Part shown: in pieces, positions 1 to 12,900 of the stretch | Numbering within the stretch: the first letter of the stretch is position 1 | How the letters are laid out: each line of letters starts with the position of its first letter | Assembly (NCBI RefSeq): GCF_021869535.1 | Contig: NW_026262734.1 | Span: 44,640,001 to 44,704,000, forward strand | Length of the DNA: 64,000 bases | Origin: Mytilus californianus | Lineage: Eukaryota | Reading direction: 5' to 3' | Program-made: the position numbers and the translations under genes | Notes under the pieces: generated by a model | Databases searched by the model: none | The model's input: only the letters and a program-made list of their open reading frames with translations | What the model was told of the DNA's origin: nothing

Positions 1-489
1 ATGTTTCATTAAATACTTTCTTTTTGAATTTTCCTGAAAACACTATATAATTCCCAATAGTTATTTGCCTTTTACATGTTTTATCCAGGTCTCAATTATT
101 GTCAATGATCATATTTTGGACATCAAGGATAAGCGTGATATCTGTGGACAGGGAAAGCAATCTCTTTGACTTTCCGTTTTAAATCATTGTTTTTTATTAT
201 TAGCAATTATCGGTATTCCGGGTGGAGTATTTATGCCCGAGGGTATAATCAGATCAACAGTCGGTACTGGCCTAAATTATAATATATTTATTTTTAAAAT
301 TCCCTGTTGATTAATGAAGAAATTACTCATAAAGTGAGTTTCAATATTCCCCAGACAACGTTGACCCTAGTGAAATATGTCTATTATTTAAGTATGGTCA
401 TTAGGCTCCTAGCATTTTCAGGTTTTGTATATTTTTAACTTTCAAATGTTTGGCCCTAAGCGTTTCTGATGGGAATAATTCAATAACAA

Positions 490-715
490 CCAATCTCATC
501 TCCATGGCGTCCATACCACTTTTAAAGGAATTACTTCAAATTTTCAATTAAGAACCTTTTGTAAACACCAAAATTTTTTCAAGGAAATCGTTATATAAAT
601 CGGAAGCCATGGAATATGGTATCGAACGGGAGATATATACTCCTTATGCAGGTGCTGCTTGAATGTAACTAAATAAAAATGGAAAGTTTACTATCGTAAA
701 GAAATAGGTTTGATG
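490..715 (-). mobile_element. Penelope-like retroelement RT C-terminal relic
   Basis: Minus-strand reading VNFPFLFSYIQAAPA*GVYIS...NDFLE, with stops. Confidence 0.7.
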
Positions 716-819
716 AGACCCCATTATGCCTCTATTTCTAGGTAAAGGTTTATTGACCATTATTATAATGAATCAGTGACCAGTTATGAATTTGATCCCT
801 TTGTTGACCATTTACGAAA

Positions 820-1975
820 AAAAATAAAATAACAAAAATACCGAACTCCGAGGAAAATTTAAAACGGATAGATAACAACGGTCATATTCCTGACTAGAAA
901 CAGGCATTTTCTTATGTAGAAAGTGGTCGATTGAACCTAGTGTTAAAGCTAGCTAAACCTCTAACTAGCATGACAGTCGCATAAAATTCCATTATATTGA
1001 CAACAATGTGTGAACAAAACAAACAGACATAATAGGTAAAAATGTCAAAAATAGGGGTACAGCAGTCAACATTGTGTTATAATCTTAATCACTATAAAAC
1101 CAAACAAATATGCCAAGAAAGAAAAACAAAAAGGAATATAGAAAAAGCACATCAGCACAAACGAAAGACAAGAATACAAAAATAGCACAATAACACTATG
1201 ACGGGATGTATAAGTACCGACCGACGTCAAATGGGTATTACCAAGGATAGACTCAACAGTAAAAGTAATAATTTATTAAGACAAATAAAAAAAGACTATA
1301 ACACGTAATTCAGATGATAAACAACATCAGTACCTAGAATCTATACTTCAAGACCATCGTGTATTAATTGTGAAGTTGATACGGAATATTTATCAACAAG
1401 GTCTTGGTATCTTCCGATGAACTTTTTTTAGAAAAAGGACAAGACGTTCTTTGACATAACCCTGGTTCATCAACTTTCTGCTCAGACACTGATAGCGTTT
1501 AACAATGTCTGAGTAGTAGCTACAAGTTCTTGAATACCGAATGAGCTGGGAAATATATATCCCATATGCAGGTGAAGTTGGTATATTGCTACTAAGGTGG
1601 AGCAAATTAATAATCTCAAAATTAAAATCGTCTCGTTTGTCATAGAGATGACCGCTTATGGCAAATTAGAGGTATAAGTCTATAAATGAAGCAGAAAAAG
1701 CCGTGTCTGTTGTTTCTTTAATTTCTAGTTCTGGAGGATATATTAATGGAACCCAATCAGAAAAGTTTGGATTGTTAATAGAAAGAACGTCATCATTATA
1801 TCTGAATGTGAAACTTAATGATCTGGCTTCTTTGATCTTCTTGTTTTTGACAAGTATCTGAAGGAATTCCGACTCATATGAAAATAACAAGAGATCGGCA
1901 AGATGCGGCACACACTTCGTTCCCATAGGAATGCTGACCGTTTGTTAAAAAAAAGACTACCTCCAAATTCTCCAA
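820..1975 (-). mobile_element. 5'-truncated Penelope-like element: RT pseudogene (about 1393-1960) plus 3' UTR
   Basis: ORFs 1666-1926 and 1393-1605 are one frame split by a single TAA: IPMGTKCVPHLADL..FRYNDD..IYPPELEIKET..DLYL*..YDKRDDFNF..SNIPTSPAYGIYISQLIRY..QGY. Confidence 0.88.
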
Positions 1976-2420
1976 AGAAACTCCAGCAGAAACGGCGTTC
2001 TTTTCATGAAGTCATAAGGAACACAAATTTAAATTCCTCGAAAATAATAAAAAATGTATATATATATATATAAGTCTAAATTGAAAAAAACGTTCAAACC
2101 TATGATTGCGTTGGATAAAAACCGCAATTTTTATACGTGTGCATGCAAAACAAATTTCTTGGTAGAGGGGTCTAAATACAGCACAAACAACATTTTCCAA
2201 AAAAACAAAAAAGTGAAAAAGTATATTTAAACAAAACGCATTTGACTAACAGGGCGAACAACGGATGTTCTTAAACCCTGCTGACTGCCATTGGCGATAG
2301 CCAAATAAACGGATCACAAGATGTAACAAAATGGATCGTTATAATAATTTAATACCAAACTGAAAACAATAAACTTGCGGAAAAGATGGTATACTGCAAA
2401 CATGAGATGCAAAAATTTGT

Positions 2421-2464
2421 ACACCATATCCGGATTTCGACAATTAACGTCTCTTCAGTAATGC
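2421..2464 (-). ncRNA. Minimal type I hammerhead ribozyme (unit 1)
   Basis: Reverse complement GCATTA-CTGAAGA-GAC GTTAATT GTC-GAAA-TCCGGA-TA/TGGTGT. Core intact, palindromic stem III, weak stem I. Confidence 0.8.
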
Positions 2465-2958
2465 TAGGAATCGAAACGGTATTTGGAAGGCCATATAATT
2501 TACCTCAATTTAGGATAGACTCCTGAATTTTGAAGAGTCGAAATAGGATGAACGGATCATATAAACCCACAGGCAAATATAATACAAGCCCAAACGAAAA
2601 AATATAGATAAGTCTAAATTGAAAACAACGTTCAAACCTATGATTGCGTTGGATAAAAACCGCAATTTTTATACATGTGCATGCAAAACAAATTTATTGG
2701 TAGAGGTGTCTAAATACAGCACAAACAACATTTTCCAAAAGACAAAAAAAGTAATAAAGTATATTTAAACAAAACGCATTTGACTAACAGGTCGAACAAC
2801 GGATGTTCTTAAACCCTGCTGACTGCCATTGGCGATAGCCAAATAAACGGATCACAAGATGTAACAAAATGGATCGTTATTATAATTTAATACCAAACAG
2901 AAAACAATAAACTTGCGGAAAAGATGGTATACCGCAAATATGAGATGCAAAAATTTGT

Positions 2959-3002
2959 GCACCATATCCGGATTTCGACAATTAATGTCTCTTCAGTGAT
3001 GT
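2959..3002 (-). ncRNA. Minimal type I hammerhead ribozyme (unit 2)
   Basis: Reverse complement ACATCA-CTGAAGA-GACA TTAAT TGTC-GAAA-TCCGGA-TA/TGGTGC. Confidence 0.85.
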
Positions 3003-3420
3003 TAGGAATCGAAACGGTATTTGGAAGGCCATATAATTTACCTCAATTTAGGATAGACTCTTGAATTTTGACAAATAGAAATAGGATGAACGGATCATAT
3101 AAACCCGAAGGCAAATATAATACAAGCCCAAACGAAAAATTATAAATAAGTCTAAATTGAAAACAATGTTCAAACCTATGATTGCGTTGGATAAAAACCG
3201 CAATTTTTATACGTGTGGATGCAAAACAAATTTATTGGTAGAGGGGTCTAAATACAGCACAAACAACATTTTCCAAACACCAAAAAAGTGAAAAAGTATA
3301 TTTAAACAAAACGCATTTGACTAACAGGTCGAACAACGGATGTTCTTAAACCCTGCTGACTGCCATTGGCGATTGCCAAATAAACGGATCACAAGATGTA
3401 ACAAAATGGATCTTTATTAT

Positions 3421-5042
3421 CCTGACATAAAAATAGTTGCTGATTTTCTATGCGGCTATAAAGATTTACAAAATAAAGTGCCAATATGGTCAGTTTCGGT
3501 TGATGCGGTCAGATAATTTTGTTATAGGAGTCAGCTTGAGGTATCAAAACTACTGAAATTTTGTTGCGAGACAATATTTTGATTAAAAAGAGGACATGCT
3601 GGCAATCTAGATTGATACAGACAAAATTTTGTATTCACATTATGTTCCAATAATGCTGTCATTTGTATTATACAATACATCCTGACATAAAATATAACTG
3701 AATTATTATGCGCCTATATAGATTTACATGATAAAGTGCAAATATGGTAAGTTTTTGTTGATAAGGTCAAATAATTTTGCTATACAAGTCAGCCTGGGGT
3801 ATCAAAACTACTGAAATTTTGTTACGTATCAATATATTGAACAAAAGGAGGACATGCTGGCACTCTAAATTTATGCGGACAAAAATTTGTAGTTGTTGTG
3901 TTCCAATATTGCTGTCATTTGTATTATACATTAAATCCTGACATAAAAATAGTTGCTGATTTTCTATGCGGCTATAAAGATTTACAAAATAAAGTGCCAA
4001 TATGGTCAGTTTCGGTTGATGTGGTCAGATAATTTTGTTATAGGAGTCAGCTTGAGGTATCAAAACTACTGACGTTTTGTTGCGAGACAATATTTTGATT
4101 AAAAAGAGGACATGCTGGCAATCTAGATTGATACAGACAAAATTTTGTATTCACATTATGATCCAATATTGCTGTCATTTTTGTATTATACAATACATCC
4201 TGACATAAAATATTACTGAATTAGTATGCGGCTATATAGATTTACATGATAAAGTGCAAATATGGTCAGTTTTGGTTGATGCGGTCAAATAATTTTGTTA
4301 TAGGAGTCAGCCTGAGGTATCAAAACTACTGAAATTTTGTTGTGAGACAATATTTTGATTAAAAAGAGGACATGCTGGCAATCTAGATTGATACGGACAA
4401 AATTTTGTATTCACATTATGTTCCAATATTGCTGTCATTTGTATTATACATTAAATCCTGACATAAAAATAGTTGCTGATTTACTATGCGGCTATATAGA
4501 TTTACAAAATAAAGTGCAAAAATGGTCGGTTTTGGTTGATGCGGTCAAATAATTTTGTTATAGGAGTCAGCCTGAGGTATCAAAACTACTGACGTTTTGT
4601 TGCGAGACAATATTTTGATTAAAAAGAGGACATGCTGGCAATCTAGATTGATACAGACAAAATTTTGTATTCACATTATGTTCCAATATTGCTGTCATTT
4701 GTATTATACAATACATCCTGACATAGAATATTACTGAATTATTATGCGGCTATATAGATTTACATGATAAAGTGCAAATATGGTAAGTTTTGGTTGATAC
4801 GGTCAAATAATTTTGCTATACGAGTCAGCCTGGGGTATCCAAACTTCTGAAATTTTGTTACGTATTAATATATTGAACAAAAGGAGGACATGTTGGCACT
4901 CTAAATTTATGCGGGTAAAATTTTGCAGTGATTGTGTTCCAATATTGCTGTCATTTGTATTGTACATTCTATCCCGACCTAAAAATATTTCTGATTTACT
5001 ATGCGGCTATAAAGATTTACATTATAAAGTGCAAATATGGTT
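3421..5042. repeat. Satellite, about 259-bp monomer, about 6.3 copies, alternating A/B variants
   Basis: Units start at 3421, 3681, 3937, 4199, 4457, 4717, 4973 (CCTGACATAAAA). Confidence 0.95.
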
Positions 5043-5190
5043 AATACGATTTAAACAATTTGATTTGTATTGGAATATATATTCAGCTCGTTAGTATTGT
5101 AACCATTATCGTTTTTTTTAATATATAGAAAGGCAGATCACGGATAAATATATAAACAAGCAAAGTTTTATGCGTAATTTATTTACAAAT

Positions 5191-5301
5191 AGATATAAAA
5201 AGATGTGGTATGAGTGCCAATGAGACAAATTAACTCTCCATCCAAGTCAAAATTTATAAAAGTAAACCATTATAGGTCAAAGTACGGTCTTCAACACGGA
5301 G
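5191..5301 (+). repeat. Fragment of an abundant dispersed repeat (AAGATGTGGTATGAGTGCCAATGAGACAA...CTTCAACACGGAG)
   Basis: Same family at 23420-23552(-), 47745-48170(-), 55846-55953(+); related at 10275-10375(-), 44925-45228(-), 50140-50390(+), 61240-61530(-). Confidence 0.85.
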
Positions 5302-5429
5302 TTACATGTATTTAATCATGTTTATATCACGGAAGTATTAAATTGATTTTATGTTTTCTATGTTTGTACCAAGAAACAAAGACATTAAAAAATATTTTAA
5401 AAAATCGATGTAGATCGAGCGGTCCTGGT

Positions 5430-5740
5430 TACAAGTTAACTTAGTGTTGAGCAGACCAGGCCAAAAGTTAACTTGAGATCAGGTCTGGTTCGATCGGAGT
5501 TGTCAAAATCAAAGTTTACTTGTGTTAACTTATGGCAGAACTGGTTTCGAAGTTAACTCATATCAATAGCGGACCTGTTTCCAAGTTAACTTTTTCGGCA
5601 GACATAAAAACAGTCCTAGGACCAAGTCCGCTTTTCAAGTTAACTAGATTGTGGTCCTAGGACTGGTCAGAGCAGTCCTAAATCCTGTCACAGGTTAACT
5701 TTGACCAGTCCAAATGACTGGTTATCAAGTTAACTTGCTG
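5430..5740. repeat. Cluster of AAGTTAACT palindromes with variable spacers
   Basis: GTTAAC at 5435, 5467, 5524, 5553, 5585, 5639, 5694, 5729. Confidence 0.75.
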
Positions 5741-5906
5741 TACAGGTAAGGACTGCACCCATCTGTATATAGATAGATATAAAGTGTTGTTTTCATGTTT
5801 TACAGCACTGGTTCGTACCACTGCTGAGTAGTCAGTTCTTCGGAAGTTCGGTACTGACATGATTTATAATAAACCTTACTCAATTTGTTCGATTATAAAT
5901 TTCGAA

Positions 5907-6125
5907 ATTATTAAGAAACTAGGGTTTCAACGCCCTCAGGCAATGTTGACCTTTGATGGATTTAGCGATTATTTTAGGTACTTTTAAGTTATATAGATTT
6001 CCAACTCAAACGGTTATTCTACATCCATGTCTTACACGTATTCGTCTATTAGCGTTCTCGATGAAAGTATATCAAGAAAAGCGCTTCGGACGTATGAAAT
6101 TTATAATGTATTGTTTTTATTTGGT
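5907..6125 (+). mobile_element. Hammerhead-bearing repeat monomer with a decayed core; inverted relative at about 8330-8520
   Basis: 6052-6093 GCGTTC-TCGATGA-...-GAAA-AGCGCT-TC-GGACGT. The 8334-8374 minus-strand copy is also degenerate. Confidence 0.7.
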
Positions 6126-7484
6126 TGTTTGTTCATTATTAGGTTAAGAAGCATACAGTGCTAAATTATCTTTGGACATAACAAATTACATATCTGATTA
6201 AACATCTATATTTCCATATGCTAGATGTGGTTCCAATCCGTACAATTTGTAGATCAAAATCAACAGAAGCTTGTTTTTTTGCATATTTAAGGCATACAAG
6301 TCAACGTGTAGAAAGAAAAGCTCGACGAAATAGATCTATGTCACGTTTTAACATGTTTATTCACGAACTTTAAACACTTTTTAGCTTGAAGGAAAAAAAA
6401 TATAAATTCGGAACCTGGAAGGGTTTTGTCCGAACTTACTCCTTTAGACAACAGAAATTTACCGATATTCAAATATCACAAATATATTCTAATAACATAC
6501 AAAAACTGAGTGTATCGTATGAACTCTAAAAGAAGTCAGACCGTGCGTGTCGACAAAGTAAACCCCTCCTGTTATGCATGCTCCGGTCGTAAAAGTAAGC
6601 CAATCAACACTCAGTTACCAAGGAATAGATCACAATCGGTAAATTATGAGACGACTATGATTATGGTATCTAAGGATCGACGACCGCGAAAACATGTCGC
6701 TATTGAGTTAAGACGCATGGTACCGTCAACCAATTTGAACTGGTGACGACAAAACTTATGTTGTGTCGATTTCAGTCGTTCTCCCTCATAAGTCCGTTGC
6801 CGTTTTTTTTGTACGGACCATATCCCTCCGTATAGTTTGATTATGTAAGAGCTTAACGTGTTAATCAATTGAGATATGTTAACGCCATATGATTTGACAG
6901 AGGGTAAGTTAAGAAATGTGAAATTGTCAATTTGAAAGTTGAAATCATCACGTCTGTCCTAAATTCAAGTTAAGTCATCTCAAGTTTAGCTGTAATCGAC
7001 GACCATGTCATATTATAGATGTAAGTGGAAATATAATGCAAGTCTATTTGTATTTGTGGTATCCTTAATTTTAAGATAAAGAGAAATGAATTTATCATGG
7101 TCATTTATCTTTATATTACTCGATCAGTAGAGAGTAGTCAACTTTACAATTAAATGCCACAATGCTATTGTGTGCCTTCTTTATAAACAAGTGCTTCAAA
7201 AAGGCACACAATTACATTATGTTGGAAGAGTCAATGAAGTGTTCTACTGGTTTCAGAAATTCTTATCGATAGGGTTGAAATAGGTCATATGATGTATTGA
7301 AAAATGTGACTATTAATGTATTTAAAAAAGAATTCAAGTTGCATATTTGTTTTACTTTTTATATTAAAAGTCCATGCTCTGCATACAAATTGATCTTGGT
7401 AGGCCTTTTTAATATTTATTAGTAAATTCATGACAATCATGTTCTTGTACAAGGTAAAGAGGCAACTTTCGTATTGGAAAAAAC

Positions 7485-8309
7485 TAGGGATGTCAACTCG
7501 GTGAACAATTACTAATCGAGTACTCGTTGGTTTTATCGAGCGATACTCGAGTACTCGCTCGGGAATATATCTACAACACGGAAACACAAAAATACGTATT
7601 TTGCATTCTGTGGTTTGTTGTTCAACGGACGAAAAACCATCTAAATAAGTATATGAGACAAGGAATTACACACCTTAATTAATAGCTCATTACCTACAAG
7701 TACTAATTAAGTAAAAAAAAACAATAATCTGATCAATATAATTTAATGAACACCTATTTAAAATTATAACAAGGAAAAACCATATCAAACATTAATATTT
7801 GGTAATCGTTAAGAAAACACATTAAATGTCTACAAAGGCGTATGGATTAGAAGTTTAACTATTCACTGAGGGTCACCAGAGGATGCAACGAATTTATTTT
7901 ATTAGTAAGCATTTTCTTGTCAGCTATTATTGGAAACATTCGGTTTTGCAACTTTGTAAATTACAGTCTTGCAGACAAAAATATTTGCTCTGGCGGAACC
8001 GATGTGACGGAATGGCTAAGACATGTTTAGTTTAAAGTGTTAGCTTAGGTACAGCCCACGTATTTTCGGACGCATTTTAAAAATGACAATTTAGCACAAG
8101 CATTCGAAACAAAATGTATTTTATTAACTAGTATGATTAATCAGTGATGCCTATTCAATTTTCCAAAAAAGGTTCTCAAAACGATCAATTTTATATAAAG
8201 AAGACAGCAATATTTAATAGGAAACCGATTAGTCGAGTATCGTTTTGATATTCGATACTCGGTACTACCGAACGATACTCGAAAACTCGAGTACTCGTTG
8301 ACATCCCTA
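7485..8309. mobile_element. Non-autonomous hAT-type MITE, 825 bp
   Basis: TIR TAGGGATGTCAAC / GTTGACATCCCTA; exact 8-bp TSD GAAAAAAC (7477-7484, 8310-8317); subterminal CGAGTACTCG repeats. Confidence 0.92.
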
Positions 8310-9823
8310 GAAAAAACACATTATAAATTGCATATGTCCGAAGCGGTTTTCTGTATTAACCTTAATAAAGAACGACCAAAGCCGAATATTTGAAAGCCAA
8401 GGATGTATAAGAACCGAAACAGTTGAAGAGCTATATGAACAAAAAGACACAAAATTTAGCCAAATCCATCTAAGGTCAACTTTACTTGAGGGAGTTGAAA
8501 CCTTAGTGTCTTTATAATAGCATTATGGCGTTTAATTGTAAAGTTGTTGTCTACTTTCTACTCACCGAATAATATAAAGACAAATTACCATAACGATTAC
8601 ATCTTTCCGTTTTTTTTAATCAAAGGAAAAGGAAAAAACAGTTTAAACAACTTCAGGGTAAGAACTGGTTTATTCATGTGTTATGAAGGAATAATGTTAA
8701 GTGGAAATGTTCTTTAGAAATGGTCAATGAAGTAATGAGTTAAAAATATTTTCCCACCTTCTATCTGTAATGGATAAAATCATTTCCTACTGGAAATGAA
8801 CATTTGCAATTTAAATTAAGTAGGCCTACCTTATAAGTGAAGTCTTGTTTCATATAAGTTGTATAATGATGTACAATAATATGCACAAAACATGTTGTTG
8901 TACTTACGAATTGACATATGAATCTTGAACACGTTACGCAAACACTCTGCTTACACTTTATACTAGCAGGTCGTCTATAAAAGATATTTCATGATGGTAA
9001 AGATGACAGTTTTAAAAAAAAAAATGTTTTGGAATGATTATGATTTTGATTAAAATGTTGACATAGAGATATGTGTCGCCTTTGTATAATTTGATAAAAT
9101 AATGAAAATATTTTACTTAAATTTCAATCCTTTACATGCACAAATGTTAACATTTTACCCCCTAGATATCATTACTAAAGGGAAAGGGTCAATTAATCCC
9201 CATACAAATAAGATATGCAAATACTATTGCAACGCAAACATTTAAGTAGCAATACTGTTTAAGTTCTTATTGATTTTTTTTTTACTTTTAAGACAATTGA
9301 TCGAGCTTGGCAAAGGAGCAATAATCAGATGTTGACTGTATATGCGCAAGTAGAGGAATTTGCGTCTTAAACGACCGTTTTTTCTTATCATTATCTGAAA
9401 AGTTTTATATAAAAAACGAGTCTTATAGGAGTTTCATTTTTTTTTAGACGTTTTCATTACTGGTAAGACATTTTTGTCTAGAAGGAACATCCAGTGCTGA
9501 TTTTCAGTCAGTTCAGTATGTTGCTGTTTATAAATGATAACAGCTACTGCACAATCTGAATACAGACTGGACAGATATTTCTACACTGCAAGCGAACTGT
9601 TGAACAGTACTGAATTTATCGCAGTCCAAAGGTTGACTAGAAAACTTGAGAATATATTGTCTATAAAAATATCAACATTATCAACTGATTTAAAAAAAAT
9701 AAACGATTTAATTATATATGGCAAATTGCGTTTCAAATGACAGTTGATTTCTTTTTTATTATGATTTTTTATACTTGTAAAACATTCAAATAGAATAAAG
9801 GTTTTTCAATTATGGTTTTATAG

Positions 9824-9978
9824 GTATGACAGCGGTTTCTTCTACAAAAGATGGGTTTAAGATGGAGACATCAAATATTTCTCCAGTTGAAAGATCGAGA
9901 ACAGACGGGTTCGACGATATAAGGCAAGCAGAGCCAGTCGCAGAAGAACACAACTACCAAACCAACGACCTTATATCT
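9824..9978 (+). CDS. Exon 1, ATG at 9826: MTAVSSTKDGFKMETSNISPVERSRTDGFDDIRQAEPVAEEHNYQTNDLIS (phase 0 out)
   Basis: Acceptor ttttatag|GT ATG, donor TCT|gtatgt. 51 open codons; phase fits the next exon. Confidence 0.6.
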
Positions 9979-12900
9979 GTATGTTTATTATACTATATTA
10001 TGTCCTTTGACACCTTTTTGATTCATGCGATCTCCCCAGTTTTTGATTATTACACTTTACGAAATAAAATTTGCAAATGGATGATTATTATACAACAGCT
10101 GTATGCATAATGATGATGATGATGATGATTTTTTGTCGGAATAACATTTTTACTCTTTTTCTGATTATTGTACTAATCAAAAAAGGCTGATAAACACAGC
10201 TTGAATACATTAAATTCTAAAATTATGAACATATTAGACAAATTAATTATAAACGTCTATACGGTGGGGGTCTACTCAATGTTGAAGACCGTACGGTCGT
10301 CTATAATTGCGTACAGTCATTCCATTTAAACTCTGGTGGATATTTGTCTCATTGGCAATCATACCACATCTCCTTACTGGTATAACGCACTGTGAAGATA
10401 TAAATGAAGAAAGTGAAATGCAAAAGCTTTGTGTATATATTTAAGATATACACAAATAAATTTAATGATAAGTATCCCGCAGCACCAGCTGAAAGGCAAA
10501 CGTTGTGTTTGCCTGACTTAAATACGGGAATAATAGGTTTTGATGTTGTCCATCTTAATTGAAACCTTTTTTTGTTAACGAACACCATAACTACATTAGA
10601 AGATCAAGTCATTATACTTATGTACCGCTTAAATTAGAGGAATTGAATCAACAATGAATAAACTCAGGATTTAAATTTTTTACGCCAGACGCGATGACCG
10701 AAACAAAAAAATAAAGAATAAACATAGAAATTACATAAAACAATAGACACAAATCACCGATATAAGATAATCGGTAGTTACCGAAGGTAAGTTCAAAGCC
10801 AATTAAAACAAATAAATAAATCAAGTTCTCCAGGACTAAAGTACCAATCAGTACATATCCAACTGATTCAGTGTACAAACATCATTAACAGACTGATAAA
10901 CGCATCAATTGTGCTATGCAAAAAAGAAAAGAAAAAGATAAACCGTATCGACACAACATATGAAATAATGAAGACTCATAACTTTACATATATAGCAATA
11001 TATATTAAGTTGTGTTTTACTTTCAAGAATAAAATCAATATTAGTACCGATAAAAATAATATCTAAAGATTTTCTGCTGCTTTACATGGGTAGCATCAAA
11101 TTTTACGTGCTTTATAACCAACATCACCGAAAAAATAGGATAATCTAGTTTTAATAAAGAAAGTTCAGATATAATTAAGCTGTGGTAACAAATCCATTCC
11201 TTAATACTTTATTAGTTATACATAAATTACGTTCATTTGAAACGAAATCGTCAATACAGACATGATAACAGCGAGCGAATTGTGAAACATACACACCGTC
11301 GGAAGGGACCAAAGGAACATCAACGTCCAAACAGGAACGAAAAATCGTTTGGCTTTCAATTTTGCAAAACACATTGATAAATTAATATTGGAGTAAGAAA
11401 AAGTCTGTTTAACTTGAAGAACAAACACAATTATAGTGATTATGCATTTTATTCTGTTGACTGTTATGATTATTAACCAGGACATCAAGTGTTATCTGTA
11501 TATATATTACAAACACTATATTACAGAATGTGGCCAGGTTAAAGATTGTTGTGAACGCCTTTTACCGTGTGTCTGTCTGGACAATCAACTGAATAAAGTT
11601 AAAATAACGGTTTATGGCGTAAATTTTTCAGATATAACAGTATAATTAGAACATTGTAAATTGGAAACAAGATATACAGTAGAGGAAACGATTTCAAATT
11701 TCCACCACAAACTTTCCTTTTTTTAGAATAAGAGGGTATTTTTGCCACATCCTATGGCGTTTACCTTTTATAATTTGTGCGGTTTGCTAGAATATGTTCT
11801 GATTAACTACTCTAAAAAACTTTAAAAAAAATACGGAACCTCTACAAAACTATAACAAAAATACCGAACCCCAAAGTACATTCAAAAAGTGAAAGTCCAA
11901 AAACACTGACTAAATCCAACGTTAGACTTTATCAAACAACAGAATAAATTGAAAACAACTTTCATCTTCCTGACTTGGTACATGCATTTACCGAAGAAAA
12001 TGGTGGGTTAAACCTAGTCTTTTAATTGAGGGCAACATTGATTTAACACACAACACTTCTTTGTTACAGATACAATAGACTTACAACTTTCTCATTTCAG
12101 ACGAACCAATGTCAATTAAGTTTGTTTTTATTAGGCTCTTTTACAAATTTATAAAATCTGTATCAAAATTAGGTTGGGATATCCGGTGAATTTGAAACTC
12201 GATGGTATCTGTCAATTGATTTATACATGTAGGTCGAACTTTGTTACCCTTGAACCTGTCTGAATTTTGTATATATTTTCATATATTTAACGGTTGGAGA
12301 GACATTACTAGTATATTGATAGATTGACATTTTAGTGAATTTATTTCAAAACCGGTTGAAGAGACATAATAGTTATCATACACCAGACGCTCGTTTCGTC
12401 TTCATAAGACTCATCAGTGACGCTCAGATCAAAATAGTAAGAAAGCCAAACAAGTATAAATTTGAAGAGCATTGAGGACCCAAAATTCCAAACAGTTATG
12501 CCAAATACGGCTAAGGTAATCTATGCCTGGGATAAGAAAATCCTTAGTATTTCGAATAATTCATACTTTTGCAAACAGTAAATTTATAAAAATGACCATA
12601 TAATTGATATTCATGTCAACACCGAAGTGCTGACTACTGGGCTGGTGATACCCTCGGGGACGAAACGTCCACCAGCAGTCGATGGTTTGGCTTTCAAGAG
12701 ATGTGGTGTAATGATTGTTGATTTATATTTATGCCTTTTAATGCAAGTGATTGTTCTGATAATTTGAAAAATATTTATCAAGTAAATATTTCAATAGACG
12801 GAAATTCAAGATGAACCACGAGTCCAGGGTTATCTATCCAATTTTTCAACTTTTGCTGGAGAAAGAATTACTGATCGATATGCTGGAGGTATGTGACTTA

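Larger units (their letters stand above)
2071..3420. repeat. Tandem repeat, 538-bp unit, about 2.5 copies (starts 2071, 2609, 3147), each full unit with a hammerhead ribozyme; retrozyme-like
   Basis: TAAGTCTAAATTGAAAA recurs at 538-bp spacing; units are near-identical. Confidence 0.95.

Noticed and set aside
3767-5094. ORFs within the 259-bp satellite
   Set aside because: By-products of repeat periodicity, with no protein motifs.
5430-5740. CRISPR-like repeat-spacer look
   Set aside because: The repeat is only 6-10 bp, spacing is irregular, the context is eukaryotic and there are no cas genes.
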